Shown: piece by piece, positions 38,703 to 48,572 of the stretch
How positions within the stretch are numbered: the stretch's first letter is position 1
Layout: the number at the start of each line of letters is the position of its first letter
Source of the DNA: Thermoplasmata archaeon
GTDB taxonomy: Archaea > Thermoplasmatota > Thermoplasmata > Thermoplasmatales > Thermoplasmataceae
Assembly: GCA_021810045.1 (NCBI GenBank)
Contig: JAJZJR010000004.1
Span: forward strand, 18,351 to 82,350
Reading direction: 5' to 3'
DNA: 64,000 nucleotides
Notes under the pieces: generated by a model
Told to the model about the DNA's origin: nothing
Databases searched by the model: none
What the model saw: only the letters and a program-made list of their open reading frames with translations
Position numbers and translations under genes: made by a program

Positions 38703-40385
38703 ATGAAAGTCAATGTCTGCCTTGTCCACCCCCCAAGCATTTATGACTTCAGGAAGAAAGATTTGAGGTACGGCCCCATAAGTGATGTTGTTCCCTCAAC
38801 TCCCCTCTTTGAAATGTATCCGGTTGGGTTCATAAGCATGCTGAACTCCCTGGTTGAAAACGGATACAATGCAAGAATAAGCAACATTGCAGTTCTGATG
38901 CTTGGTTCTGGCAAATTCGACGCAGAAAAATATCTTTCGGGCATAGAGGCAGACATATTCGGTATTGATCTTCACTGGCTTCCCCATGTACATGGGGCAA
39001 TCAACCTTGCGAGGATCATCAAGGAACTGCATCCTGAATCAAAGGTACTAATGGGCGGATATTCTTCCACATATTTTTCCAACGAGATAATGACTGAGTT
39101 CCCCTTTATTGATTTCATCCTGAAAGGTGACCTTCAGGAGAACACTATTGTGGCTCTTGCCGAGGCGGTTGAGGGAAACAGGGATCTTTCACAGATTCCG
39201 AATCTTTTGTACAGGGAAGGAAATAAGATAAGACAAAACCAGCCAGCCACTGATCCAAGAGCAATAGATCAGATCCTGTTGAACTACAATCTACTGATGA
39301 AGAACGCCATAAAGTACGGTGATGTAAAAGGTCATCTCCCATACAAAATGTGGATCAAGAATCCTTCAGCAATGACCCTCATCGAACATGGATGCCAGTA
39401 CAACTGTGGTTTTTGCGGCGGATCAAACTTTGCTTTTTCCCACAATTATTTCAAAGGTTCTCCAATATTCAGGAATCCTGACAGAATTGCCGAGGAACTC
39501 GAGATAATCCAGGACAGCATTGGAACTCCAGTATTCATTGCCGGTGACATATATGCAGCGGGTGAGGAATTCCAGGAGGGATTTTTCATGGCGGCAAAGG
39601 AACGGGGTGTGGATATTCCTCTACTGACAGAATACTTTGTACCTCCCGCACCGGAATATTTCCAGAAACTGAGCAGATATTTCCCGGATTTTACCGCAGA
39701 AATTTCTCCTGATTCATCCAATGAGAATATCAGGCTCATTGCAGGGAGAGGATATTCAAACCATGATCTAGAAAAATCAATACTGAATGCAGCTAAGAAC
39801 GGATGCAGGAAGTTCGACGTGTACTTCACCATTGGACTCCCTAAACAGAAGAGAGAGGATGTGATCAGGGATGTCGAGTTTTCGGAATATCTCATGTCAC
39901 AGCATATTGAAAGGAACATGGAAATGCATGCTTTCCTTTCTCCACTGACTCCATTCCTGGACCCAGGTTCCCTGTTTTATGAGATGCATGACAAATATGG
40001 AATCACTCTCAGGGCAAAAACACTGGGAGATTATTACATGCTGCTTGATCAGGGAAAGAGCTGGGAAGACTACCTGAATTATGAAACAAGTGAGATGACA
40101 AGGGAAGATCTTGTAAATGTTACTTATGAGGCAGGGAAAATGATGGCCCAGGTAAGGGAAAGGCTTGGACTTATCACCAAAACAGAAATGAACAGGATCA
40201 CGAAAAACATTGATGCTTACAGGGATGGAAGTGCCATTTCTGTTGGCGATGCCATGGGAATGCACCTGAATTACATGATCAAGGAAATTGAATGGTCCAG
40301 GAGGCATAATATCACATACTCCTCCTTCCTCATATTCCTCTACAGATACTATGACGGACTGAGGAACAGGATACACCCGAGCTGA
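38703..40385 (+). CDS. B12-binding-domain-type radical SAM protein
   Basis: The N-terminus VCLVHPP...YPVGFISMLNSLVENGYNARI resembles a B12-binding-like domain. The radical SAM cluster motif is CQYNCGFCGG (CxxxCxxC). Confidence 0.8.
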   Translation: MKVNVCLVHPPSIYDFRKKDLRYGPISDVVPSTPLFEMYPVGFISMLNSLVENGYNARISNIAVLMLGSGKFDAEKYLSGIEADIFGIDLHWLPHVHGAINLARIIKELHPESKVLMGGYSSTYFSNEIMTEFPFIDFILKGDLQENTIVALAEAVEGNRDLSQIPNLLYREGNKIRQNQPATDPRAIDQILLNYNLLMKNAIKYGDVKGHLPYKMWIKNPSAMTLIEHGCQYNCGFCGGSNFAFSHNYFKGSPIFRNPDRIAEELEIIQDSIGTPVFIAGDIYAAGEEFQEGFFMAAKERGVDIPLLTEYFVPPAPEYFQKLSRYFPDFTAEISPDSSNENIRLIAGRGYSNHDLEKSILNAAKNGCRKFDVYFTIGLPKQKREDVIRDVEFSEYLMSQHIERNMEMHAFLSPLTPFLDPGSLFYEMHDKYGITLRAKTLGDYYMLLDQGKSWEDYLNYETSEMTREDLVNVTYEAGKMMAQVRERLGLITKTEMNRITKNIDAYRDGSAISVGDAMGMHLNYMIKEIEWSRRHNITYSSFLIFLYRYYDGLRNRIHPS

Positions 40386-41270
40386 TCAGGATGAGTTCTT
40401 AAGGTTCCAGTACGCCCTGTCAAGGGCTCTGTTCACTTTGTCCTGCAGTACAGTGAGATCCTCTACTGAGGAGAATCTCATTACCACAGAATATGTATTC
40501 GATCCGGAAGCTTTTGAGGTCAGGTATATCTCAGCGGTAAATTCCCTGTCGTTACCTGAAGAAACCAGCACTTCTTCCCTGGCCTTTTCCATGAATTTAT
40601 CTGCAGGGATATCAGACGGAAGTGTTACGGTAATCGTGTATGTAAGTGCCTTCCCTGTGCCAAGGGAAGTGAAAACAGTGCTCCCCAGCAGGGCAGTATT
40701 CGGGACCATAACAGTCTGTCCCACAGAGTTTTTAATTCTTGTATGCAGGACTTTCACATCTTCCACTCTTCCGGTTATGGTCTGGCCGAAAAGCCATGAA
40801 TAGATTGATATGGCATCTCCGGGCTTGATGAAGCCTCCTCCGCTGACCATTATACCTGAGAGAAGATTGGAAACAACTGACTGGACAGCAAAACCAATGA
40901 CTACGCCACCTATTGCCCCTCCAACCAGTGCGCCCTCGAGGTTCACTCCAATTGAGGAAAGGAACCAGAAGATTACTACTGCGTAGATAATAATCCTTAT
41001 TATGATGAAAATACCTCTGAAGTCCCTCTTCCCCTCAGTTCTCTCTGAGATATTCCCTATAAGATGACCTATGACTCTGACTGTTGCCACTGCCAGCCCA
41101 ATGGCAACCACTGCAGATATGGCATCGTGGATGTAAGGCAGGTAACTGGTGAGAACAGGATAACTCTTTGACAGGAATGAGAAGAAATAATCTGCAGCAT
41201 AGAGGATCGCAACAGAAACAACAATTGCAGCAATTATCCTTGAAATACTTCCCCTTATGGAGCCTGGCAT
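40386..41270 (-). CDS. MscS-family mechanosensitive channel
   Basis: Three N-terminal TM helices, then the beta-domain pattern GDAISIYSWLFGQTITGRVEDVKVLHTRIKNSVGQTVMVPN. Confidence 0.8.
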   Translation of the reverse strand: MPGSIRGSISRIIAAIVVSVAILYAADYFFSFLSKSYPVLTSYLPYIHDAISAVVAIGLAVATVRVIGHLIGNISERTEGKRDFRGIFIIIRIIIYAVVIFWFLSSIGVNLEGALVGGAIGGVVIGFAVQSVVSNLLSGIMVSGGGFIKPGDAISIYSWLFGQTITGRVEDVKVLHTRIKNSVGQTVMVPNTALLGSTVFTSLGTGKALTYTITVTLPSDIPADKFMEKAREEVLVSSGNDREFTAEIYLTSKASGSNTYSVVMRFSSVEDLTVLQDKVNRALDRAYWNLKNSS

Positions 41271-41415
41271 GATACTGGATATTCTTCATTGTTTATAGCG
41301 ATTGCCGGGAAATACCGTCCATAACAGGCATGTGTGACACGTGCCAAATACAGCAAACTGGCTCTGAAATATATAAAACGGGAAAAAGAAGCCTCCCGTT
41401 TCTTTTAATTATTTA

Positions 41416-41439
41416 GGTTCTTCCCACTTTCATGTGGGT
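41416..41439. repeat. IS left terminal inverted repeat GGTTCTTCCCACTTTCATGTGGGT
   Basis: Read directly from the sequence. Pairs with 42692-42715. Confidence 0.85.
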
Positions 41440-41470
41440 AATTTTATCTAACATTTAGATATATTATTTC

Positions 41471-42691
41471 ATGGACGACTGCCAGCTCTATTCTACACTT
41501 CTTGAATTGAAAATGCCCTGGAAGGTTGAGAAGGTTGCACTTGATTCAACGAAAAAGACGGTGGAGATATACGTATCTCATGAAAAGGGATCAAAGCTCC
41601 ACTGCCCGGAATGCAGAAAGGAATGTATGGTTTATGATCATTTGAAGGAGAGGGTATGGAGAGACCTTGACAGCGTAGATTTCATGACGTTCATCCATGC
41701 ATCGCCTCCAAGAATATCATGCCCAGAACACGGCATCATAGAGGCATTGCTTCCCTGGACAGAGAAAACATCAAGGTTCTCCATGAGATTCGAAACACGG
41801 TCCATAAGGATGCTCCAGAACATGGACACCTTCAACTTCACCGAAATCATGAAATTGTCATGGAAGCAGGCATGGAATATTATCGATCGTGCAGTGAAGA
41901 GAGGCAGGTCAAGGAAGAGCGGCCATCCCTCTGTGATCGGGATAGACGAGAAATCATACAGGAGGGGGCACAAGTACATCACGCTCGTATATGACACGGT
42001 AAACAATGGCGTCGATTACATTGCATACGACAGGAAGAAGAAGTCTCTTGACGAGTATTATAAGACGCTGACAGAACAGGAACTCTCCTCGATAACTGCA
42101 GTATCCATGGACATGTGGGACCCCTTCATGTCTTCAACGGTGAAGCACGTTCCTGATGCGGATTCCAAGATCGTGTTTGACAGGTTTCATGTGACGAAAC
42201 ATGTAAACGAGGCTGTGGACACAACACGAAAAGAAGAGAACAGGAAACTTGTGAAGGGTGGCGTAATGGATCTCAAGGGTACAAGGTACATATGGCTGTA
42301 TGCCTCCGATAATCTGCCTGAAAAATACAGGGAAAGGTACAATGATCTCAAGAGATCTGACCTGGAGACGGGGAAGGCGTATTCGATGAAGGAGAACATA
42401 CGGAATCTCTGGAACATGCCATCGCTGGAAGAGGGGAGAAAATACTGGGAAAGCTGGTATAACTGGGTAATCCACTCATCAATACGGGCAATGAAGGACG
42501 TTGCAAGGATGATGAAGGTTCACATTGAAAGGATACTGAACTACTTTATCCACAGGATCACAAATGCAAGGGCTGAAGGCATCAATTCCAAGATTGCACT
42601 CATAGAGAAGATGGCCTATGGATACAGAAATAAGGAGCACCTGAAGATTGCAATATACTTCAGGTGCGGGAATTTACAGCTTTACCCATGA
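41471..42691 (+). CDS. ISL3-family transposase
   Basis: 406 aa. N-terminal zinc finger HCPECRKEC...CPEHG, then a DDE domain layout typical of ISL3 (…IGIDEKSYRRGHKYITLVYD…, …ITNARAEGINSKI…). Confidence 0.9.
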   Translation: MDDCQLYSTLLELKMPWKVEKVALDSTKKTVEIYVSHEKGSKLHCPECRKECMVYDHLKERVWRDLDSVDFMTFIHASPPRISCPEHGIIEALLPWTEKTSRFSMRFETRSIRMLQNMDTFNFTEIMKLSWKQAWNIIDRAVKRGRSRKSGHPSVIGIDEKSYRRGHKYITLVYDTVNNGVDYIAYDRKKKSLDEYYKTLTEQELSSITAVSMDMWDPFMSSTVKHVPDADSKIVFDRFHVTKHVNEAVDTTRKEENRKLVKGGVMDLKGTRYIWLYASDNLPEKYRERYNDLKRSDLETGKAYSMKENIRNLWNMPSLEEGRKYWESWYNWVIHSSIRAMKDVARMMKVHIERILNYFIHRITNARAEGINSKIALIEKMAYGYRNKEHLKIAIYFRCGNLQLYP

Positions 42692-42715
42692 ACCCACATG
42701 AAAGTGCGAAGACTC
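42692..42715. repeat. IS right terminal inverted repeat (reverse complement GAGTCTTCGCACTTTCATGTGGGT)
   Basis: Read directly from the sequence. Confidence 0.85.
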
Positions 42716-42742
42716 ATTATTTAAAAAATGAAAGATGAAAGA

Positions 42743-43210
42743 TCATTTCCCTGTTTCATTGTAGATTTTTCCGTAGACAGATACAGTGTTGTGGAAATGA
42801 TCAATTATCTGTATGTTCAGGTACAGAGAATCAACATAGGCAGTTCCAAAGAAGAACATTGAGTAATGGGTATTGTTGTGGATTAGTCCTGCAAGGTAAG
42901 CCATGGAAATGCCTGTCGAGTTGTGAATAACCTGGGCTTGGGCAAGTGCACTTGCCACTGTTATATCCGGATCCACTCCTGAAGCTGAGTCATTCCTCAC
43001 GTTGAACAGATAGTGCGAGTTGTTTGTAGACTGCCCGATGAGGTAAGAGCCAACAGTGGTATTGTTCACCTGAGCCAGTTCCCCGTTTGCCTGGTAAGGG
43101 AACAGTGCCTGACCTATGCCAGTAATAGCTGCTGGAAACGCCAATCCACAAATTATGGCAAGGACTAGAGCCAACCTCATGGTGCCTGAAATCATTTTTC
43201 CAACTTTCAT
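42743..43210 (-). CDS. kdpC: K+-transporting ATPase subunit C (compact form)
   Basis: N-terminal TM helix plus FPYQANGEL and SASGVDPDITVASALAQ motifs. The start overlaps the kdpB stop. Confidence 0.8.
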   Translation of the reverse strand: MKVGKMISGTMRLALVLAIICGLAFPAAITGIGQALFPYQANGELAQVNNTTVGSYLIGQSTNNSHYLFNVRNDSASGVDPDITVASALAQAQVIHNSTGISMAYLAGLIHNNTHYSMFFFGTAYVDSLYLNIQIIDHFHNTVSVYGKIYNETGK

Positions 43211-45369
43211 AATACTCCTCCCGAAAATACCAGGAATACAGCAATCAGCTTTATTGCCGCAAATGGCAGCAGCACCCCACCGACTCCATAAAGAAGCAGA
43301 TTCTTCAGGAAAATTCTCATTGTGCTCTGCGGCCTGAACCTGGTGCCCTTCAATGCTATGGGTATCAATGCAGGAATGACTAGGGCATTGAATATTAGGG
43401 CAGAAAGCACTGCAATATGTGGAGACAGGCCAAGAATGTTCAAAGCATCCAGTGCAGAAATGCTGGCAAACATCACAGGCACTATGGCAAAGTACTTGGC
43501 AACATCATTTGTTATACTGAATGTCGTAACAGCGCCCCTGGTCATAAGAAGCTGCTTTCCAAGCATCACCACATCTATGATTTTTGAAGGGTTTGACTCA
43601 AGGTCCACCATATTGGCAGCATCCTTTGCAGCAAATGTTCCAGAGGCCATTGCTAGACCGACGTCCGCCGCGGCGAGGGCTGGGGCATCGTTTGTACCGT
43701 CTCCTATCATGGCCACAATCCTGTTCTCTGCCTGCTCATCCTTGACCTTCTGGTATTTGGTCTCGGGTTTTGCCTGGGCAACGAATTCATCAATCCCGAC
43801 CTCTCCTGCAATGCTCTTTGCTGTGAGCGGGTGATCACCTGTTATCATGACAGGCCTGATTCCCATTTTCTTGAGGCCAAGTATCTTTTCCATTATTCCC
43901 TGCTTTATCACATCCTTGAAATATATCAGCCCTAAGATATCGCCATTAATGGAAACTGCAATGGGTGTTCCCCCGGTAGATGTTATTTTTGTGACAGTTT
44001 CATCATAACCTTCAGGCACGGAGCTTGCTGACTCCCTTATGGCATCAGGAGCGCCCTTGTGAATTATTGTCTCTTCAGTCAGGGGAGTCTGGAGCTCGAA
44101 TTTCTTCCTGAACCTGTGCCTCTGGAAGAATTCCCTTCCGCCCTTGGGTAGGGTGAAGTCATCGGAGTCAACAAGGGTTATTCCGCTCCTTCTTGTGACC
44201 GCGCTGAACTCCTCATGAACCCCCTCCCTGAGGGCATCATACTCCCTAGGCACGAATTTTCTCTGGAATGCCAGTTCAACAATGCTCCTTCCCTCAGGCG
44301 TGTCATCATTCCACGACGACAGGAATGCAGCCTCTGCAAGTTCCCTTTCCGTGTGGTTGCCCAACGGAATGAATTCATGTGCGAGCCTGTTTCCTACAGT
44401 TATTGTTCCTGTCTTGTCAAGCAGTATTGTATCAGCGTCACCCGCAGTCTCTACGGCTTTCCCTGACTTGGCAATGATGCTGTTTTTCGACATCCTGGTG
44501 ATTCCAGATATGCCTATGGCCGGAAGCAGTGCGCCAATAGTGGTTGGAAGAAGGCACACATAGAGCGCAATGAGCACTGAAAGGTCGGCCCCAAGATTGA
44601 GGAGAAGGGATAGTGCAATGAGTGCAACCAGTATTATTGTGAACACACCGGTGAGCCCAAGCAACAGGATCGAAAGAGCAACCTCATTGGGCGTCTTTGG
44701 CCTCTCTGAAGATTCAACCATCTTTACTAGCTTGCTTATATAGGTCTCGTCAGGGTTCACATTCACAACTGCAACAATGGAGTCACTTATAACAGTGGCT
44801 CCTCCAATAACAGTATCACCCTTTGATTTCCTGACTCCCGCCGATTCCCCGGTGAGAAGGGATTCATCAACCATTGCAATGCCTTCTACAACTTCCGCAT
44901 CAATTGGGATCTGGTCTCCCTTCTCAATGAGTATTACATCCCCTTTCCTGAGATCAGAGGACTTTACCATTTCAATGGTTCTTCCACCGGCTTCGTTCTC
45001 CCGTATCCTCCTAGCGATCCCCTCCTTTTCCAGTTTCTTCAGGCTGGCGGCCGTTGTCCTGGATCTTGCCTCTGCAAAGGAGTCAGAAATGGTGCTGAAC
45101 CATACAGTAACAATAAGGATTGCTGCAACATAGGCATAGAAAACCCTGTCACTCTGGTGTGCCATATGTGGAAAGGCTCCAGGCGCGATAGTCATGAGCA
45201 AAACCACTATGAATGACAGTTCAACAACAAACATAACGGGATTCTTGATCAGCCTGATCGGGTTCAACCTCAGGAGAGAGTCTTTAATGACATATGGCCA
45301 GCTGACAGATTCTCCGAGACTTTCAGGTGGTACATTCTTTCCTCTATTCCGTTTCTGATTAAAGTGCAT
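43207..45369 (-). CDS. kdpB: K+-transporting P-type ATPase subunit B
   Basis: Phosphorylation site LLDKTGTIT, TGES, MITGDHPLTA and GDGTNDAPALA motifs. Confidence 0.95.
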   Translation of the reverse strand: MHFNQKRNRGKNVPPESLGESVSWPYVIKDSLLRLNPIRLIKNPVMFVVELSFIVVLLMTIAPGAFPHMAHQSDRVFYAYVAAILIVTVWFSTISDSFAEARSRTTAASLKKLEKEGIARRIRENEAGGRTIEMVKSSDLRKGDVILIEKGDQIPIDAEVVEGIAMVDESLLTGESAGVRKSKGDTVIGGATVISDSIVAVVNVNPDETYISKLVKMVESSERPKTPNEVALSILLLGLTGVFTIILVALIALSLLLNLGADLSVLIALYVCLLPTTIGALLPAIGISGITRMSKNSIIAKSGKAVETAGDADTILLDKTGTITVGNRLAHEFIPLGNHTERELAEAAFLSSWNDDTPEGRSIVELAFQRKFVPREYDALREGVHEEFSAVTRRSGITLVDSDDFTLPKGGREFFQRHRFRKKFELQTPLTEETIIHKGAPDAIRESASSVPEGYDETVTKITSTGGTPIAVSINGDILGLIYFKDVIKQGIMEKILGLKKMGIRPVMITGDHPLTAKSIAGEVGIDEFVAQAKPETKYQKVKDEQAENRIVAMIGDGTNDAPALAAADVGLAMASGTFAAKDAANMVDLESNPSKIIDVVMLGKQLLMTRGAVTTFSITNDVAKYFAIVPVMFASISALDALNILGLSPHIAVLSALIFNALVIPALIPIALKGTRFRPQSTMRIFLKNLLLYGVGGVLLPFAAIKLIAVFLVFSGGVL

Positions 45370-47020
45370 TTTTTAACCCCCCCAGATGCATGAGAATGGG
45401 CCCAATGGAAAGGAATGGGAAGAACGTGAGGACAGCAAGAATGAATATGCTTGCAATCAGTACTACAGGGAAGACCAGGTTATCGGTCCTAAGTGCAATT
45501 TCAGCGCTTCTCTTCCTGTCCTGCATTCTTCCCGCTATAGCTAGCATTATGAGTATGGGAATGAAACGGCCAGCCCACATCACTATTCCCGTGGAAACAT
45601 TGAAGAAGACGGTATTGGCTTCTGTCCCCAGGAAATCCGAACCGTTGTTTGCGGCAGATGACGTAAACTCATAGAATACCTGGGTGAATCCCACAGGTCC
45701 GTTTCCGAATCCAAGCGCATGGACAGCGCCTGTTGCATAGGCCAAAGCTGTGGGGATCAGTATTATTATGGGGTGCGACAGGAAGCCCAGAACGGCAAGC
45801 TTAACATCTTTTGCGTTTATTTTCGCTCCCAGATATTCTGGCGTTTTTCCAGCCATGAGTCCGACGATGAATACGGTTATAATCACATACATTAGCATAT
45901 ACATGGCACCAACGCCAATCCCTCCTGGAGTGGCTTGGATAATCATTCCCATGAAAGCAGACAAGATCACTATTGGATTCATTGCCGCAAGGGAAGTGTT
46001 AACCGAGCCCGTTGTAAACGCTGTTGTTGTAACGGTCCAAAAGACTGGAGAGAAACCGCCAAACCTTGTTTCCATTCCAGCTCCGAGAGAGAAGACAGGG
46101 ACAAGTGCGATTGCCAGGTCGATAGCGTACAATCCGTAAGATGCAAGGACAATGCTTCTTCCTTCTCCCTTCTTTCCCAGCATACGCCCAAATAGGAATA
46201 TGACCGATGTAGGAAGAAGCATCATCATGCCCAGTTCAAGGTAGTTAGTCAGCGGGCTCGGATTCTGCAGGGGATAGGCCGAGTTTGCACTGAAATATCC
46301 GCCTCCATTTGTTCCCAGCTGCATTATTGACACTAGTGATGCGACTGGTCCTACCTTTATGATCTGTGCCGCTCCAGAAAGCGTTTGGACAATGCTGTAT
46401 CCGGAAAGGGATTGGGGGATGCCAAAGGCTATGAGAATTACGGCCGATATTAAGGATAATGGAATGAGCACTCTTGTGATACTTTTCACAAGATCGACAT
46501 AGAAATTGCCGAGTTTTGCCCCATCTTTTTTCTTCCCCGAAAAACCCCTGAAAATGGCAACGGCCACAGCAAGCCCTGTAGCAGCTGAAGTGAATTGAAG
46601 GAATTGTATACCAACCATCTGGCTGAGGTAAGAAAGAGATGAACCTCCTCCGTAGTGCTGGAGGTTTGTATTTGAGGAGATGGACATGGCGGTGTTTAGT
46701 GCCAGTGACCAGCTCAAATCTGGAAATTTCATTGGATTAAGTGGAAGGAATCCCTGGAAGAACAGGACCAGAAATGAAATAACAGCAGTCATTATACTGA
46801 AGCTGAAAAGTGCAAGGAAATATTCTTTCCAGTCCATCTCCTTGTTTCTGTCAATCCCAATTATGCGGTAAATAAAGCTTTCAACGGGATTCAGGATCCA
46901 GTCAAGAAATGTCTTCTCGTTTTCATAAACTTTTTTCAAATATTTGGAAAGTCCCCATGCAAGGCCGATAATTATGGTCCAAACCAGAGCAATTATAAGG
47001 AGATATTCTGCCCCGATCAT
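45359..47020 (-). CDS. kdpA: K+-transporting ATPase subunit A
   Basis: 553 aa polytopic protein with selectivity-filter-like repeats (NTNLQHY, TNGGGYF, TTTAFTTGSVN, ANNGS). Lies upstream of kdpB with an 11-nt overlap. Confidence 0.92.
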   Translation of the reverse strand: MIGAEYLLIIALVWTIIIGLAWGLSKYLKKVYENEKTFLDWILNPVESFIYRIIGIDRNKEMDWKEYFLALFSFSIMTAVISFLVLFFQGFLPLNPMKFPDLSWSLALNTAMSISSNTNLQHYGGGSSLSYLSQMVGIQFLQFTSAATGLAVAVAIFRGFSGKKKDGAKLGNFYVDLVKSITRVLIPLSLISAVILIAFGIPQSLSGYSIVQTLSGAAQIIKVGPVASLVSIMQLGTNGGGYFSANSAYPLQNPSPLTNYLELGMMMLLPTSVIFLFGRMLGKKGEGRSIVLASYGLYAIDLAIALVPVFSLGAGMETRFGGFSPVFWTVTTTAFTTGSVNTSLAAMNPIVILSAFMGMIIQATPGGIGVGAMYMLMYVIITVFIVGLMAGKTPEYLGAKINAKDVKLAVLGFLSHPIIILIPTALAYATGAVHALGFGNGPVGFTQVFYEFTSSAANNGSDFLGTEANTVFFNVSTGIVMWAGRFIPILIMLAIAGRMQDRKRSAEIALRTDNLVFPVVLIASIFILAVLTFFPFLSIGPILMHLGGLKNAL

Positions 47021-47232
47021 GATGGTTTTCCTTCCTTTCTCACAAAATAGCTCAGAAATGAATTTTCAAGTAAGTGGGAGCTTGCAAGGCCCCTGAAAAT
47101 TCGTGGACCGTAAAGCATCTTATTCAATATATTATAGAAAATATATCTGATTCCTTTAATATCATATTCACAGTACATAGTGTTGCCTCCATATTCAAAT
47201 TAACAACGAAAATGATCCTGAAGAGGATCAAA

Positions 47233-47547
47233 TTACCGTTTTCTGTTTTCCAGTGAAACGGGATTGGCTCTAGGCCCTTTTGCAGCGCTCAGAACTATTG
47301 AGCTGACTACACTTTTGACACCGGGAATCTTCATAATTTTATTCTTCAGTGTATCCCGGAATTCTTCTATACTTTTGGAACTAACAACAGTGGCTATATC
47401 AAATTCTCCTGTCACTTCGTAAGCTTCTTCGACTGAGTCGAGCAGACGGAGTTCACCGATTACCTCTTCTACTTTGGTGGTGTCCACAAAAATATCGACT
47501 ATTGCCGTGACCTGCTTTTCGTTTTCAAACTCGTTTCCGACAGTCAT
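47233..47547 (-). CDS. stand-alone Lrp/AsnC ligand-binding (RAM) domain protein
   Basis: 104 aa. VTAIVDIFVD...VEEAYEVTGEFDIATVVSSKSIEEFRDTLKNKIMKIPGVKSV matches the AsnC_trans_reg beta-alpha-beta-beta-alpha-beta pattern. There is no HTH domain. Confidence 0.7.
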   Translation of the reverse strand: MTVGNEFENEKQVTAIVDIFVDTTKVEEVIGELRLLDSVEEAYEVTGEFDIATVVSSKSIEEFRDTLKNKIMKIPGVKSVVSSIVLSAAKGPRANPVSLENRKR

Positions 47548-47835
47548 CGCTCTGCCCAGTGGATTATGTTGGGATATTAATATATTTGGTTATTTTTGTA
47601 TCGATAATTAGATAATAGTTGAAAAAACAGATTTTCCAGATAACAGTATAAATACTGCAATCGACGTGATTTTTTATACCCATGGCACATCATTTCATGC
47701 ATTATTTAATCTTAATTGAGCAACACAATTCTGCAAACTTAATCGATGCGATTATACTTATGACGTGACTTCTTCAAATTTCTTGGCAACGTGTTGAGAG
47801 GACGGCCAGACAATCTTTCCAATCATACTTGTTGG

Positions 47836-47887
47836 ACATTTGTATGTACGTATCCATAAAAAAGTATGTTTTATAACATACAAATGT
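47836..47887. promoter_or_regulatory. perfect 12-bp inverted repeat ACATTTGTATGT (28 nt) ACATACAAATGT just upstream of abiEi; candidate operator
   Basis: Arms lie at 47836-47847 and 47876-47887, read directly. The repeat ends 10 nt before the abiEi ORF start. Confidence 0.5.
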
Positions 47888-47897
47888 ATTTACAACA

Positions 47898-48572
47898 GTG
47901 AAGAAGGAAGAATTCATGGATTATCTATCTTCCAATGAGATCAAGGTATTCAACATCCATGATGCTGCTAAAATATTCGGAAAACCTGAAAAATACGTCT
48001 CTATGAGGCTTACTTCGATGCCCAAGATAAAAAGAGCAACAAGAGGGGTTTACTATATTTATGATGCCGACGTGAGTGAAATTGCCACAAAGATCGTAGT
48101 TCCTTCATACATAAGCCTCATTTCTGCTTTCGCACTCCACAATGTCACTACACAGATGCCTCTTGAAATTCATGTCATAGCTCCGGTTCAGCATCGAACA
48201 CTCGAAGTGGAAGGCTATAAAATCAGGTTCATAAAGTTCACGCAAGAAAGAATTTTTGGCTATTCCAGGATCAATGGCAGCATGGTCGCCATTCTGGAAA
48301 AGGCTATTGTTGATTCGCTTTACCTGAATCTGTACACAAATGAGGCTATGGAAGTAGTAATGGACAACATTTCTCTTCTTGACAAAGCGAAACTAATAGA
48401 TTATGGGATACGGATGAGGTCCAAGGCCACCATAAGTCGACTCGGCTATCTTATGGAAATGGCAGGATACGATGCAGGTAGGCTGGAAGAATTGCGATCG
48501 GAGAGGTATGTGAGGTTTAGTGATACAGGGACTTCCAAAAACATGAAGTGGAGGGTAATCTATGCTGAATAG
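47898..48572 (+). CDS. abiEi: AbiEi-like antitoxin / transcriptional regulator
   Basis: N-terminal wHTH-like segment plus a C-terminal domain. The stop overlaps the start of an AbiEii nucleotidyltransferase gene by 11 nt. Start is GTG 47898 or ATG 47916. Confidence 0.7.
   Translation: MKKEEFMDYLSSNEIKVFNIHDAAKIFGKPEKYVSMRLTSMPKIKRATRGVYYIYDADVSEIATKIVVPSYISLISAFALHNVTTQMPLEIHVIAPVQHRTLEVEGYKIRFIKFTQERIFGYSRINGSMVAILEKAIVDSLYLNLYTNEAMEVVMDNISLLDKAKLIDYGIRMRSKATISRLGYLMEMAGYDAGRLEELRSERYVRFSDTGTSKNMKWRVIYAE

Larger units (their letters stand above)
41416..42715 (+). mobile_element. ISL3-family insertion sequence (1300 bp), apparently intact
   Basis: 24-bp terminal inverted repeats (21/24 identical) flank a single transposase ORF. 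A perfect 8-bp direct repeat ATTATTTA lies at 41408-41415 and 42716-42723. Confidence 0.9.

Noticed and set aside
47021-47232. Search for a kdpF-like mini-ORF upstream of kdpA
   Set aside because: No short hydrophobic ORF coupled to the kdpA start was evident on the minus strand.
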